Source: Octopus sinensis
Lineage: Eukaryota
Length of the DNA: 64,000 nt
Assembly: GCF_006345805.1 (NCBI RefSeq)
Contig: NC_043004.1
Location: 6,572,001-6,636,000 of the forward strand
Direction: 5' to 3'
The translations under genes and the position numbers were made by a program. How positions within the stretch are numbered: position 1 is the stretch's first letter; the number at the start of each line of letters is the position of its first letter. The notes beneath the pieces are model-generated. The model saw only the letters and a list, made by a program, of their open reading frames with translations. It was not told the DNA's origin and did not search any database. Positions 36,591 to 50,400 of this stretch are shown one piece after another.

Positions 36591-38327
36591 GTCTGTATCA
36601 AACTAAATTACACTTTGTTAAGCAGTGTTTACTTCTGTTAAGGTAACATCAGCATTTAATACCCATTTTCCATGCTGGCATGGGTTGGACAGTTTGATAG
36701 GATCTGGTGAGCCTCAGGGCTGCAGTATCAGCTATGGCTGGATTCCATTCTAATGCCAACCACTTTACTGTGTATTGGGTTACTATTCTCTTACTACCAG
36801 CACTAGCGATGTTGTCAACTAGCAACAGAAGAAAAAAACAAAAATACTCCTGACTAAATGTATGTGGGAAGAGGGGGTAGGTGGCTTTATGTCAAGTTTT
36901 TGTTGCGAGGTAAAGCATTTCAGAGGGATAAGCGTAGGCGTTTCGCTATGGAGAGAAGATGTGGTTACCCCAATTTAAAAAAAGGGTAGGTGGGATTCGC
37001 TGGGAAAAGAAAGAAATGAGGTAGGTACCATAGCAAACTCCGCATACTAATTAGAATTGCTTACATCTTGGTATATTATGGAGCTTTCTCTGTCTTCTAT
37101 TTTTTTTAAACCAAAGTTCGAAATTTCAGCAGTAAATGCTGTAGGCACTTGGACATTGCAGACCATATTACACTATGAAGTATCGTATTTCAAAATTACA
37201 CAAAGATTTGAAAATAATGACTATGAAAAATAACCTTGAAAAGCATCCATGTGCAAATACACCTTTTTATTATTATTGAGAGAATTAACTTCTTATTCTT
37301 TATGAATTTTGATTCATCAATAATAATCATCATTTAATGTCCACTTTTCCATGCTTGCATGGGTCAGATGGCATTTGCTGAAGCAGATTGTCCACAGCTG
37401 GATGCCCTTCCTGTCACCAACTCTCACTCCTTTCCAAGAAAGGTAATATTTCCTCATGGCTGAACAACAGGTTTTTCACAGAAGATTGTGATTAAACCAC
37501 CCCCACTTGTATGATGATGATACTCATTTACAACCATCGCATATCTCGACAAGAGCACACACAAACAATGGGAATCCACACAGTTTTGCAACCAAATACA
37601 TTCACAAGGCTTTGTTTGGTCAGCGCTGGGCTATAACAGAAGACATTTGTCCAAGGTGCTGCACAGTGGGACTGAACCCAAAACCACGACTGGGAATCAA
37701 GCAGCTTAACCACACAGCTATATCTGCACTTATTAATGAAACTATAATAAAACAACATAAAAAAAAATCCTGTAAGAACCCTTCCTTATTAGCCACAACT
37801 CTGCATCATCATCAGAGATGTTATAGAAACAATTTTCCTTATGTTCCACTAAATAACCAACACATATCTGGAGACCTTCCTTATCAACTATCATTTCTCA
37901 GTTATTGCCCAACATGCTACGAAACATTTCTATATTTCACTATATAACCAACCAAAGGATATTCATCCAATGGAATCATGTATTATGTTACTTTTTAACA
38001 TTTTGGGCTCATATATCACCCCATCAACACAACTTATTCTTTTAGTAACAAAGCTAATCTGATATCCCCATGTAGCTTATGACCTCAAGTAGGTTATATC
38101 CATCATGGAATCTAACTATCTGTTTGTTAATTTCTTAACAATAAAGCAGTTATAACAACTATATAAAAAAGAAAAACTATTTTAAAACTAAAATAAGCAA
38201 TGAACTGATTCTAAAGGTATGTTTTCAATGTATGAATTCTAACCAGAAGAATAGAGCTATATTAAAAAAAATTATGGCAATGGAAACATAAGAGAGAGAT
38301 TCAGTTACTTAGAGTTAAAAAAATTAC

Positions 38328-41300
38328 TTTATTGAAATCAAGGCTTTTTGCTGTTTTTCAGAAGAGCAAATTTGCTACACAAAAGGAAGACAATTGTACA
38401 AAATGCACACTGTATCATTGAAGTGAAAATTCTACGCAGTAGAATTTATTTATTCATTATATATTTAAAAAAATTTTTTTCACAAGTTACAAAATATTCA
38501 ATAAGCTCAGAGAGCTTTCTAAAGCAAACTGAAAAAAAAAAAGGGGGTAAAAAAGAAAAAAAAAACACTCTTTTATTATTATTTTTTTAAAGCATCCATT
38601 CCAAACAGCTAAATTAAATCAGAGCAGCAGGGTTTGGGAAGTTGATAGCTGGGGGAAGAAAGAATTTTACAAGAGAAAGACTGGGAAAAAGAAAAAGAAA
38701 AATAAAGGAAAAAAAAGGAGAGGAAAAGTCCTAGGAAACAGAAGAAAAGGAAACTTTGACAGAAATTCCCAACTAGAGTCAGCAAGTGTGCACATTTTGT
38801 TAGTGAGCATTTTCTGCATGAGTATATATAATAACTCCAGCTACCCAATCTGAAGTCTTGATTAAATAAAGCAGGTGATAAACTGTTCATAACTAATTGG
38901 CTGCTTCCAGGAATTCAACCCTTATTACCAGAAGGCACATCACCAAATCTATGCCAACACACACCGATATTGCCAATCTCAGCACAGTTATATTTTACAA
39001 GGGGTATTTGTCAACATTTTCAGAAGAAAGAAAAAACAACTTGGGGCTATGTACCATTATTTAGGAGAGAATATTAGTAAAACTATCGAAACTTAATTTA
39101 GAACATTCTAAAAAGGTTCAAATGGACCAAAACATTACAATATGATTCAATTAAAATTTTAACAAATTTTGATGAAACAATGTTTATTTGCTATAATTGT
39201 AAATTAAATCTTACTGTAGCACTTAACTTTTAATAAATGAAAACAGAAACTGCAAATCTACAATATCTTCCTGTAATAAATCATTCCTAAATTGCATTTG
39301 TAGTAAAGATTCAGTCCATAGCTGTTATATAAGTTGATATATAATGTATGTGCATATTTATTCATATACACATATATACATTACTATGTTGCATGTGTAC
39401 ACACATGCACACACACACACATCCATATACATACATACACAACATATACAAACTCTTAATATATTTCCTATCTTTCATTATTTGTATATCTATGTGGATT
39501 AATGTATGCACACACTGTGCATCTATATAAATATATATTTATATAATATAAATAATTATATGTAACAAAGATTTATATATAAAAATATACATATTTATAT
39601 AACAAATACATTTGCATATAAATATATACATATTTATTATATATATAAACATATACATTTATATATAAATATGTACATATTTATATAACAAATATATTTA
39701 TATATTAATATATATATTTATAAATAAATATAGATATATATTTGTATAACAAATATTTATATAATATATTTTAATGTCTTATACACACACATATATATTA
39801 TAGATACATATATCCACACATTCTTATCTTACATGTTCAAATATACAAAGATGGATAGGCATGGAATGGTTTTCTAGTACTTTATTATCCAGTATAGCTA
39901 TTATCTTCCTAAAATAATTCTATAGCACACATATTCCACCAAAGCAGAATGTTCCAAATCATGTGGCAACGAAAGGATCTCTGAAAACTTGGTTTCACTC
40001 GATATAATTGTAGACGACCTTAACATGTGTAAGAATCAAGTTTAACAAAATATTCCCAGTGGTGACAATTAACAGCTACTTTTGCCCACTTTATTTAACA
40101 ACAATTAAGTGTAATTTATTGATTTTTCTTTCTTTTTTTTTTAATACAAGAAAAAAAAATTGAGCCCATAGGGAATACATTGAAAAGATTTTCCTGAGAA
40201 ATAATACAATTTCAAAATGGGGTGAGAGAGAGGCAGGACTGTTCTCTACCTGCTTAATCTGGTCACAATGAAAGAATCCAAACTAGAGCAGCATGTGCTA
40301 AAAGGGGGAATTAGCTTTTGGAAATTTATCTAAGATGAGATATTAAAGGATAAGGAAAGAATACAGTGGGTATATCACGTTAATTATGAAGTGTATGTCA
40401 AAAGGAAAGGAAACAAGTCACTGAAAAAGTTTTGTTGATTCTCTAAACAGAGTGAAATTTTATAACCAACAATTTCCTAACTAGTTATAAACAATTTTGA
40501 AGCTGTTAATTGTAAAAGCAGCTCTGTTTTTTTTTCGTTTTTATTTTGGAGGAACATTATGTAACTGATTATAATTAGTGCTATTATATTAAAACAGCAA
40601 GAAATAAAGCAGTTGCAGAGAAATTCTCAACTCAATAATTTCTAATGTAATACTGTAAAAAAATATTAGCAACGAGTATAAAGTTGTTTCGGAAAAAGAA
40701 GGGAATTGACTTGCAGGGCTGTTTTTGGTAAGAGATAAATATTGGTAAAGTCGAGGTTAATTCTAATTTAGTAAGCAAGAAGTAGAGAAGAAATCAAAGA
40801 GATAAGTAAAAGAAAACCAAGAATTCATTAATATTCCAAAGGCTAGGTTTTTCATGTTTTATTACAGGGTTAAGTTTGCACAGCTCAGTACACATTAGAG
40901 CTCTCAGACATTGCAGTTTCTCTGTCTCCAAACATTAGAAGATTTAACAAGATTCATATTGGAGGTATGAGATTATATTATTAACCAAGTACTGCTCCAT
41001 AGGCACTGAAGACCATTGCTATTTGTATATAACTGCATCTTGCATTTATCCAGAAAGCCAGGTACTGCATCATTTTGCTTTTCGCAATACTTATCACAAA
41101 AAGTTATAGAAAGATGAAGTGGCTGTGTCTTTCACAAAGAGAGACGGCCACACAAGAAATGGGATGGGGGAGGGGAAGGGGTATTTCTTTTGATTAAGTT
41201 CTTAGATTACAGCATGTTGGACAAACTTCACATTTTGGTTATAAAGCCAACACTGCAGGATTTTTTTTTATTTATCTGTTTTATCAATCATGCATGATGC

Positions 41301-41721
41301 ATACCTTTATTTAGTCTGATGTAGCGCGTGCTTACTCACACGACATTCACACATGCATGCACGCACGAGTCAAGGATGAGCAAATTACAAACAAAAGAGT
41401 TGGCTGGGGGTAGCGAGTCGTGCAAAACGATATTGAAGCACAAGTGTGTATGTTTTAGTGTTAATGTGTACGTATGCTTGTGTTTAATGTGTTTCTGAAG
41501 TAAACCAGAAACTGTCTTTCTAAACAAATTATGCTGGATAGCTGTTTAACTGGTCTGGTTGCTGGCATAGATATAGTTAGATGCTTTTAGTAGTTGTACA
41601 GTAATGTTAAGTCAGTTCATTGTAGAAAAGCAAACAATATTGCCAATAACAATGGTAATGAGGCAGATGAAATATTATGAACAGAAACTGATATTGCCAT
41701 AGTTTATTGGGGATAGTATAT
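38328..41721 (-). other. Probable long (about 3.4 kb) 3' UTR of RNF38/44; AATAAA on the - strand at 38328-38333
   Basis: U-rich on the - strand and free of recognisable SINEs for more than 3 kb, unlike the flanking intergenic DNA. The end point is a guess from one hexamer. Confidence 0.4.
39340..39820. repeat. AT-rich low-complexity tract
   Basis: Degenerate (TA)n/(CA)n, read directly. Confidence 0.85.
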
Positions 41722-41784
41722 TCAATCTCCTTGATTCACAACCTCTGAAGCATCAGCTCGGCATATCGGGCATGTCCGATTTGT
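41722..41784 (-). CDS. RNF38: RNF38/44-like terminal coding exon
   Basis: Acceptor gctttttcag. TNRTCPICRADASEVVNQGD* completes the RING-H2 (human ANRTCPICRADASEV). Confidence 0.96.
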   Translation of the reverse strand, partial: TNRTCPICRADASEVVNQGD

Positions 41785-42276
41785 CTGAAAAAGCAAAACA
41801 ATAAGCCATTGTAAAGACACAGGAATACGCGAGGTAGTATTTCATTTCATAACAGAATTTATAAAAGATCAAAGCTGTAATACATTAAACAGTATAATTT
41901 ACCATACACAGTTTTACTCTAACCAAATTGACTTTTGCCTGTCCTGAATATCACATGAGATACACAAGACACATTGCTCTGGTATCCATGCATCATATGT
42001 GATACACATTCCCAATATTTTTCAACCACTGCAATAACTTGGGATTTATGAAAGGAAAACTTTATATTACACAGAATGTATGAAAGAAGAGTCTGAAAAC
42101 AGGCATGGACATTTACAATAAACTTAAGAAAATACTTTGGACAGGCAAAGGGTGAAAAGACTATAAAAGACTATTACAAAGTTGATTTTTTTTTTTAATA
42201 CTTATTGCTGACATTTTATATAAAACTTTACTTCTGTAACATACATTAATTAGATGTGTTACAGAGTATCTCTCTA

Positions 42277-42582
<306 letters not shown>

Positions 42583-43664
42583 CTAGAAAATAAAATCAAA
42601 GATAATTTTGATTAATCATAACTAATTAAGATGGGGGAGTGAAAGAGAAGTATACATTTCAGAAGAAGAATTTGTGACAGTGTGGTTAAGAAACTTACTT
42701 CCCAATTACGTTTCTGGGTTCAGAAACATAGCACCTTGGGCAAGTTTCTTCTACTATAGCCAAGGGTCAACCAAAGCCTTATGAATGTGTGTATATACAC
42801 ATGTGAGAGAGAATTGATGTTGTCTTGTGCTGACAGCGCATGACAGTTATAAACAAGTGTTATTGTCATACAACAGTGTCCATTTCTAATCCTCAATGAA
42901 AACATGTCTGGCCATAGGGAAATATCATCTTACTTATAAACAGATGAGGGTTAGTGACAGGAAAGGCATCTGGCAGCAGAAAATCTGCCTCAATGGATAC
43001 TGTCTGACCCATCCCATACATGGAAAAGTGGGTGAAATGACAATGATGAAGATGATGACAGACTGAGTGGTGCCAGAAGCCAGTATAGTGTTTTTGTAAT
43101 CTGAAGTCCTGTGTGCCAGTCAGAGTCTAATGGAAATAAGAATATATCTCCAGAAGAGAGGATTGTCCACAGCACTAGATCCAAAATGTGACTATTCATA
43201 AAACTGCAGTCTGCATTTGCTATACGTTGAAGAAAAGATTCAACACACATACACACACTGACTAAACAGCTATACGACAGAAATTAATATTAATCATACA
43301 GCTAATATGAAATAATATATATAGCATTTCATGACAGAAAAGCTGCACAGATGTATCAGATGCACCCTAATTTCAGCAGTGCATAATCAAAGAAACAAGG
43401 GTTTTAGTGAATTAAAGCTTATGGAAGGCCCAACATCACATATAGGGATCAGGGTAATATTTTGAGACTTTTCTGTTGTTTTGAAAGGAAGTGAACCTTA
43501 TATGCTGTCAAATACAGTATATATACATCTTTCTCGTTGAACACTTGGTTGCAATTAATATTAGAATTTTGTCCAGACAGCTTTGAAATAATTGTTTTAT
43601 TTAACCCTTCTCATATTAAGTTTCACAAGGTTACATCTATAATTGCAATATAACCCATACCTCT

Positions 43665-43706
<42 letters not shown>

Positions 43707-43744
43707 ATTTTAAAACTAGTTTTTCATATACACAGATAGGCATG

Positions 43745-43900
43745 AGTCTGGCTTGTAATAGGCACAAGCACAGCTGTATGGTTAACAAGTTTGCTTCCCA
43801 AGCACATGGCTTCAGGTTCAGTGCTAATGCCTTACATCTTGGATGGACTAAAGCCTTGTTAGTAGATTTGCTGGATGGAAACTAAGAGAAGCCCATTGCA

Positions 43901-43931
<31 letters not shown>

Positions 43932-44095
43932 ATTTCTTTGTCTTGACGTTGTAAATAAATGGTATTCATTTCCAATATTCTGCAAAAACTCGTCTGGCCA
44001 CCCTTACTTGGAAACAAGGAATGGTTGGTGACAGGAAGGGCATCAAGTCATAGAAAATCTGCCCCAAGCAAGCATGGAAAAGAGGATGTTAAAAC
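43745..44095 (+). mobile_element. Diverged SINE in an RNF38/44 intron, antisense to the gene
   Basis: gctgtatggttaacaagtttgcttccc head and aaagccttg...ggaaactaagagaagccc core. Confidence 0.7.
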
Positions 44096-44211
44096 AACAA
44101 TGAAATGAGAGGGAGGAATTATTCAAGTTCTAATATATTCTAGAACTTTCATTTGACACAGTTTTAATAATAATTAGGTTAGTTGTATGGTAATAATCCA
44201 TAGTAATCTAC

Positions 44212-44296
44212 CTCATAATTTTCCACTTCAGCAGCAGCATCCTCATTCAGTTCAACATTATATGTAGCTGGCATGGGTGGGTTGCCCAACATTGCT
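44212..44296 (-). CDS. RNF38: RNF38/44-like exon ending in the conserved EVENYE motif
   Basis: 85 nt, acceptor ttctatttttag, donor GAG|GTAGAT. Translation AMLGNPPMPATYNVELNEDAAAEVENYE. Confidence 0.92.
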
Positions 44297-45059
44297 CTAA
44301 AAATAGAAAAAGAGGAAAATGAGCCTGAGAACAGTTTGAAAGCAGATCTGTTTAACCTTTTCGTTACCAACCTGGCTAAAATCAGCTCTGAGTACAAATG
44401 TCTTGTTTTTATAAGTTTTGAATTAAAATCTTCCTCCACACCTTAGTCACAATTTATGTTCCTAACACTAGCTGAATGATAACTAAGTTATTTTACTAAA
44501 TTCTTTGTTACATTTAAGGTAATTGAATGAAAGACAGAGCATCTCAAAATAAATACATTAACGAAAGGGTTAAAATCTGAAGCCTGAAAGATAGTAACTA
44601 AATATCATATCTATATAAGTAACAAAAAAGAGTAATGAAATTTTGAAAGAGAAAAAAAAAAAATAATAAATAAAATTGTGTACCGTTATCTCTAAACTAT
44701 GTACATACATTTTGTTAAATGACGATGATTTGTACAGCATCGGATTTTTGTACACACTGACTACTAAAAATTAGAGGGCACATTGTATATAATAAGCAGT
44801 GAGTGTTAGTATTTCGACTTAGAGTAAAGGTGTGATTAGTCTGATTTATTATAATTACTCCATAAAATACATTGAAAAGTACTGATATCATAAATGGAAT
44901 AAAAACAAAAAAATTTTTTTGAACTTCACTGGTGCACTTGCTGTAAGTCAACATTTTAGAAATCACACTTTTCAATTTTTTTTCATGGAAAGTGCAAATT
45001 ATATAAATAAATATGGTAGGTAAATTACACTTTAATTAAGATTTTATCATTCAACTTAC

Positions 45060-45169
45060 AAGAAATGAAGTAGAAAGCCTGGGTAGGCAGTAGGTGGGGG
45101 TGCTGGAGCAAAAGCACGCATTCGGTTTCTACTAAGAGCCCGCCGAGGATATAATCGCGAAAACTGATC
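45060..45169 (-). CDS. RNF38: RNF38/44-like exon
   Basis: 110 nt, acceptor ctctttgtattgtag, donor TT|GTAAGT. DQFSRLYPRRALSRNRMRAFAPAPPPTAYPGFLLHF(L) matches RNF38/44 MPRRL..RYR....PPPPYHPSLLPYVL. Confidence 0.88.
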
Positions 45170-45625
45170 CTACAATACAAAGAGAAAACAATAACTAATA
45201 CATCAGAATTTCTGGTAATAAATAAGAGTTAAATTTTATAGTTGTACATTTTAATTCCTTCATACAAAAGACAGGAATATTAAAAAATCACAATCAGCAA
45301 AAAATAAAGAAATAATGGAAAGGCTTTTGATAGGAGTCTGTCAAATCAGTTTGGATACAGGTACAACATTAGTTTTCGGGAACCATTGATTTCAAAACCT
45401 TTTTGGAGTAATGACTTTTTCCAAAGCAAGGATTACTTTGGTCAACACATACTAAAGTACTCAAATTTAAAATTTACCTAAATGATTAAATGAAATACGG
45501 ATAACTATACATTAGTGGAAGTTAGTGTGGATCATAAGAGGTTACAGACCACTAGTGTCTAGAAAGTTGGTGTGGTACCTATATGTTTGTCTTTCTTGTT
45601 GAAAGTGTGTTGCAGAATTACTTAC

Positions 45626-45772
45626 ATAAATGTCTTGTGTTGCTGGGTGAAGTGTTGATGGTTCCTGGAGCATAATTGGTGGTGAGGGATTGAGAGGAGA
45701 GACATGGTGCACAGGAGTAGTTAATGAATATGTTGGGCGATGTTCTGTGATTATCTGTACATCATCATCTGG
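45626..45772 (-). CDS. RNF38: RNF38/44-like exon
   Basis: 147 nt, phase 0/0, acceptor tttgttttgcag, donor TAT|GTAAGT. Translation PDDDVQIITEHRPTYSLTTPVHHVSPLNPSPPIMLQEPSTLHPATQDIY. Confidence 0.85.
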
Positions 45773-45874
45773 CTGCAAAACAAAACAAAACAAGGAAATT
45801 GTTTAAACGTCTTAATTCATTTTAATATGGAGACCAATAACAACACAGTGAATTATGCAATATCAATTATCAGA

Positions 45875-46430
45875 CTGCAGCCATGATGGGGCAGTGTCTT
45901 GAAGAATTTCTTAATCGAATGATTCAACCCCAGTACTTATTTTTTTTTTTAAAGCCTAGTACTTATTCTATCAGTCTCTTTTGCTGAACTGCTAAGATAC
46001 AGGGACATAAACATACCAACACCAGTTGCCAAGAAGTGGTGGGGGACAAACACAGAGACAAAGGCGCACACACACATACATATATATATATACATACAAT
46101 GGGCTTCTTTCAGTTTCTTTTTACCAAATTCACTCACAAGGCTTTGGTGAGTCCCAAGGCTATAGAAGACACTTGCCCAAGGTGCCAAGCAGTGGGACTG
46201 AACCTGGAACCAAGGTTCTCATCAAGCAGTCATATTATATTATATTATATTTGTTGTAATTATAGTTTTTATCTTTTACTTGTTTCTGTCAGAGGACTGT
46301 GGCCATGCCTCACAAAACCTTGGTTGGCCTGAGGCAATAGTAAAAGATACTTGTCCAAGGTGATGTGCAGAAGGAGAGAACCCAGAACCACATGGTTGCA
46401 AAGTGAACTTCTTAACCATGCGGCCACACC
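45875..46430 (-). mobile_element. Two SINE copies in an RNF38/44 intron, sense to the gene
   Basis: Reverse-complement cores (gggcttctttcagtttc...cacaaggctttgg; gacacttgcccaagg). Confidence 0.75.
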
Positions 46431-46531
46431 TTTAAAGAAATCAAACAATCTGGCAATGTGTGTGTGTGTGTATTCACTTTTTACTAACAAATTCCAATTT
46501 CAAAGGAAAATAAATTGTAGTAAATACATAC

Positions 46532-46981
46532 CTGAGGTGGAGGTTGCGGATTAGGTGCAAACTGTGAAGGATGATGATGTGGGCCCGGGTGATGTGGTGG
46601 TCCAGGTGCTGTATTTATATGATGTTGACTGGACATATGTCGAGCAGCATGAGCGGCGGCAGCAGCTGCTGCAGCGGCAGCCATAGAATTCTGATGCAGC
46701 AGTGTTCCAGGAGGTGGAGCAGGAATAGCATGATGTGGAGGTGCATGTGGGGGAGCTGCATGATGACTGGCAGCTACACCTGGAGGAAGTTGTTGCAAGC
46801 TACAGGCCGGAATGTGCTGCATACTACATGATGGAATTGGAACACTGCATGGAGGAATGGACCATGTCGGCTGGCTAGCACACACTGGTAGGTGAGCTGT
46901 TGTACACACGGAACTAGGATGTGTGCCAGTACATACAGGAATAGCATATGGAGCAATAGTTACAGGAGCAGATACTGGAAC
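46532..46981 (-). CDS. RNF38: RNF38/44-like exon, Pro/His/Cys-rich low-complexity region with poly-Ala
   Basis: 450 nt, phase 0/0, acceptor ttttgttaccag, donor CAG|GTATGT. VPVSAPVTIAPYAIPVCTG...MQHIPACSLQQLP matches RNF38 [32 protein letters not shown]. Confidence 0.9.
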
Positions 46982-47276
46982 CTGGTAACAAAAGAAAATT
47001 CAACTAAAATATCTTCTACAATATTGAATTAATTAAAACTAATCTATACTCAAATTATTCTATAAGCTGTTTCATTAAAATGTTTTTAGAAGAATATTTG
47101 AATTAAAATAGTCATCTATGTATCATAATAAATGTATACTGTTGACAGGCCATGCCTCAATTGCGCTTATTGGATTTAAAATATTAAAATTCAAAAAGGT
47201 TTCAAATTTTTACAGTAAAACTTAGACAAGTTTAGAGAAAAAAAACTGCATAAAAATGTTTGGAAAGAAATTTTAC

Positions 47277-47439
47277 CTGCTCCAAATCAAACATAATTGG
47301 TTGCTGGGGATTTTGGTGTCCCAGTAAGGCAGGGTGCATCTGGCAATTTGTTGCAGCTGTAGGTTGAAACGCTCTTCTATCTGGTGATTCACTGCGCTGA
47401 GTTGTGTTTCGTTCTCTAATACGCCGCCGCGTTATTGGG
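47277..47439 (-). CDS. RNF38: RNF38/RNF44-like RING-H2 E3 ligase, most 5' coding exon identified (enters in phase 2, so an upstream coding exon is required)
   Basis: Acceptor ctttttacctttcag, donor CAG|GTAAAA. PITRRRIRERNTTQRSESPDRRAFQP...HPALLGHQNPQQPIMFDLEQ resembles human RNF38 RSPPVRRQR...PRAFHP...VMVDIHDQ. Confidence 0.85.
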
Positions 47440-50400
47440 CTGAAAGGTAAAAAGAAAAACAAAAATAATAAAAACTGGAATTTTATCTCAAAGAAACCTC
47501 AAAAGAACAGAAATCCATTAAACAATACAAAAATATTAATAAAGCACAATGCACATTTGCAAGCCAGCTAGCCAAGCTTAAGAAGCAATACAACTGACTC
47601 AACACTAAAAGCAGGTTTCTTGTAATTCTTTACATCAAAATGTAAAGTAGAGGCTGGGAATAAGGTTGGAGATGCACAAGCCACAAAGTGTAGGCTCTTA
47701 CAAACAGTAAAATTAATTTGTATGTCCTTGTATGGAAATGGTAAAATTATTGGTTATTGTTTTTTGACGAATAATTATCTTTTACTGGTTTCAATCACAG
47801 GACCTTGGTCATACTGGGGCACTGCCTTATGGCTAATTAGGGATAAACACAAATCATCATCATCATCCATAGATTTCTTTCTAAATATATTTCAGTAAGG
47901 AATCTTAAAAAAAGGTCAAGACATTCCACCAATCTCAAATTATGTAACTAAATTTGCCAATCTAAAACTATGGCATCTTCTTTGTTGTAGAATCCATAAC
48001 CTTCCATTTTACACCACTCTCACATACAAATTGTAGAAAATGCACTTGCTGTGATCAGGTGGATATATATTTCACAGAACAATGTTAAAATGATGGTATT
48101 TATCTGACCAGGCTCTCTTTCCTCTGTTCTTTGTCAATTTGATTTTTATGACTATTTTTAAGTATTTGAAATTTACCAGGTCTTTCAAAATGTTCTAAAA
48201 GACACAATTGGAAGGAATTATCCTTCCCATTAGGTTAATCACTGCAAACATCACAAAAAGTTTTTGGAAAACTCTTAATAGTCATTTTATTCTCTCTCTC
48301 TCTTTTTTTTTCTAAACCCTTTAGCATTTAAACCAACAATGTCAGGCCCAGGTATATGCTCAAACCAGTCAGATCTAGCCTATTACACCTGTACTACAAT
48401 GTCATTCTAAAAATAAACAATCTCATCATTGAAACCTCAAAGCGGCAAGATAATGCACAATTAATTCAAAACAATGCGAGTAAAATAAGCATTAAATATG
48501 AGGAGTAATCTGAATGCTAAAGGGTCAAAGAAGTGAAGACTTCCTTTTGTGCGGAGACAATTTTGATGCGGGCATTATCAAAACTGGAATCATGAAGCCC
48601 TAAGACAATACCTCAAGATTTAATCTTAGAACAATGAGGTATCAAATTGATTTTGATGAAACATCTAACCTAGTACTCAGCTACCTAGGTCATATATATA
48701 TATATATATATATATTTTAATTATCTTATTAAGGAGGAACAGTCATTTGAATCAAACCCAAAATAAATTATTGCTAATTCACTATGATAGAGATATTCAT
48801 ATAAATTACTAAAAATTTTAATACTTTAAAATTCTTAAGATTATTTACAACAGCTAATATATCATTTAAAATTTTGAGCAATTTTTTTTTGTCACATAAA
48901 ATATTTAGAACAAGTATTTCTTCATCTTCAGTGTCATATTTTAGATGGCATTTCTTTGGCTAAGACTGAACTGAACATAGTCTTAGGGATTAGAGTAAAG
49001 AACTCCAAGATCTAATGAAGTTTGTGGGTCTAATCATACAGAAACTAATGCAAAACATGGCACTTGAAATTAAGTGGAGATTACATAAATAATTAATTAA
49101 TTAAAAAGTTAAATAGTCTAGTAAGGCCTCACCTCAATGTCTAGAACAAGTTTAAGTTTGACTTTTTTCCTACTGTTCTCATATTGTTTTTGTCCTGAAG
49201 TTTTTACTGTATGAAAGTATTAAAGAATTATATTTCTCCCTCTTTTTACCAACTCTACCGATAAGGAACAAGGCAATATAACTTGATTAATCAAGTAAAA
49301 CACTAAATTCTCAAGATTAGCGACAATTATTAATATATTTTGAATTTTTAAGCATAATTTGTTTGTATTGGTTGTCCAACATTTTCATTAAAAACCCATA
49401 TTTAAAGTAGTTGTAAAAGAATTACTGTTTTTATATAAAAAGATAATATGGCTTTATTGTTTTAAACAAATTTACGTAACTAACACCAGATTTTGAATTT
49501 ACAATTGGTATAAATTCAAAAAGATTATGATGAATTTCATCTCCAACAATAAGGTTGTTAGTCAATTTGTAGAAACTAATATTTCTTAATAATGACAATT
49601 TTCTCCAGCAATATATTTAATGCTAAATATGGACTCATACATGAATAATTTAATTCTTAGTTAATTAAAAATAAATTTAATCAAATTCTTAAATGTATAT
49701 ATATATAAATTAATATCGATAATCTAATAGCAATGGGTAATATTTGTACCCATTTTTACAAATATAAAAATACCAAATTGTGACAGCCTTCCATTCTATA
49801 TATTTGTAAAACAAAACATCAGATTAGGAAAATAAGACTTCTTATTTATAAATTCTTGGAGTACTCTTCAGATACTAACTACACAAAAACATGTCCATTA
49901 GCTTATATTTAAAAATTAGGCCAAAAGTTTCTGGCCTAATTTTATTGCTTTGAATATTGGATGAACTCTTTATGAGACACTTTATGAGAGATCAAATAGC
50001 TTTGCTTGAATGACTTGAAAAAAAAAAAATTTTTTTACACAAAAACACTATGTTTTAGGATATGCTCTAAATAAAAATATTTAAGTAGAACAGCCCTGTT
50101 AATGAAATTTAGGCTTCTCTAATTTAATTAAATCATTTATGTTTGGGGGACGAGAGTTGATGTTAGAAGGATAGCATTTGTTAGTGTTATGGCAGGAACA
50201 GCTTATTGTGCAAGTATTGTAAGCAAGACATTTTCATATTATATTTATTATAAATCTCACAGGTATTATAAAATACAGATTACTTGGTAAATACAAATGC
50301 AAACACAGCATATCTTCAATGACAAAATGAAAAAGCTTAAATATTTATTCATTTGCTATATGTTGACCTAAAGAGACCAGAGAAAGAGTGCATCTATATA

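Noticed and set aside
49120-49140. Possible 8-nt micro-exon (ctag|acattgag|GTGAGG, - strand) supplying the missing phase-2 RNF38 junction
   Set aside because: No sequence support beyond splice-like dinucleotides; cannot be distinguished from chance without reads.
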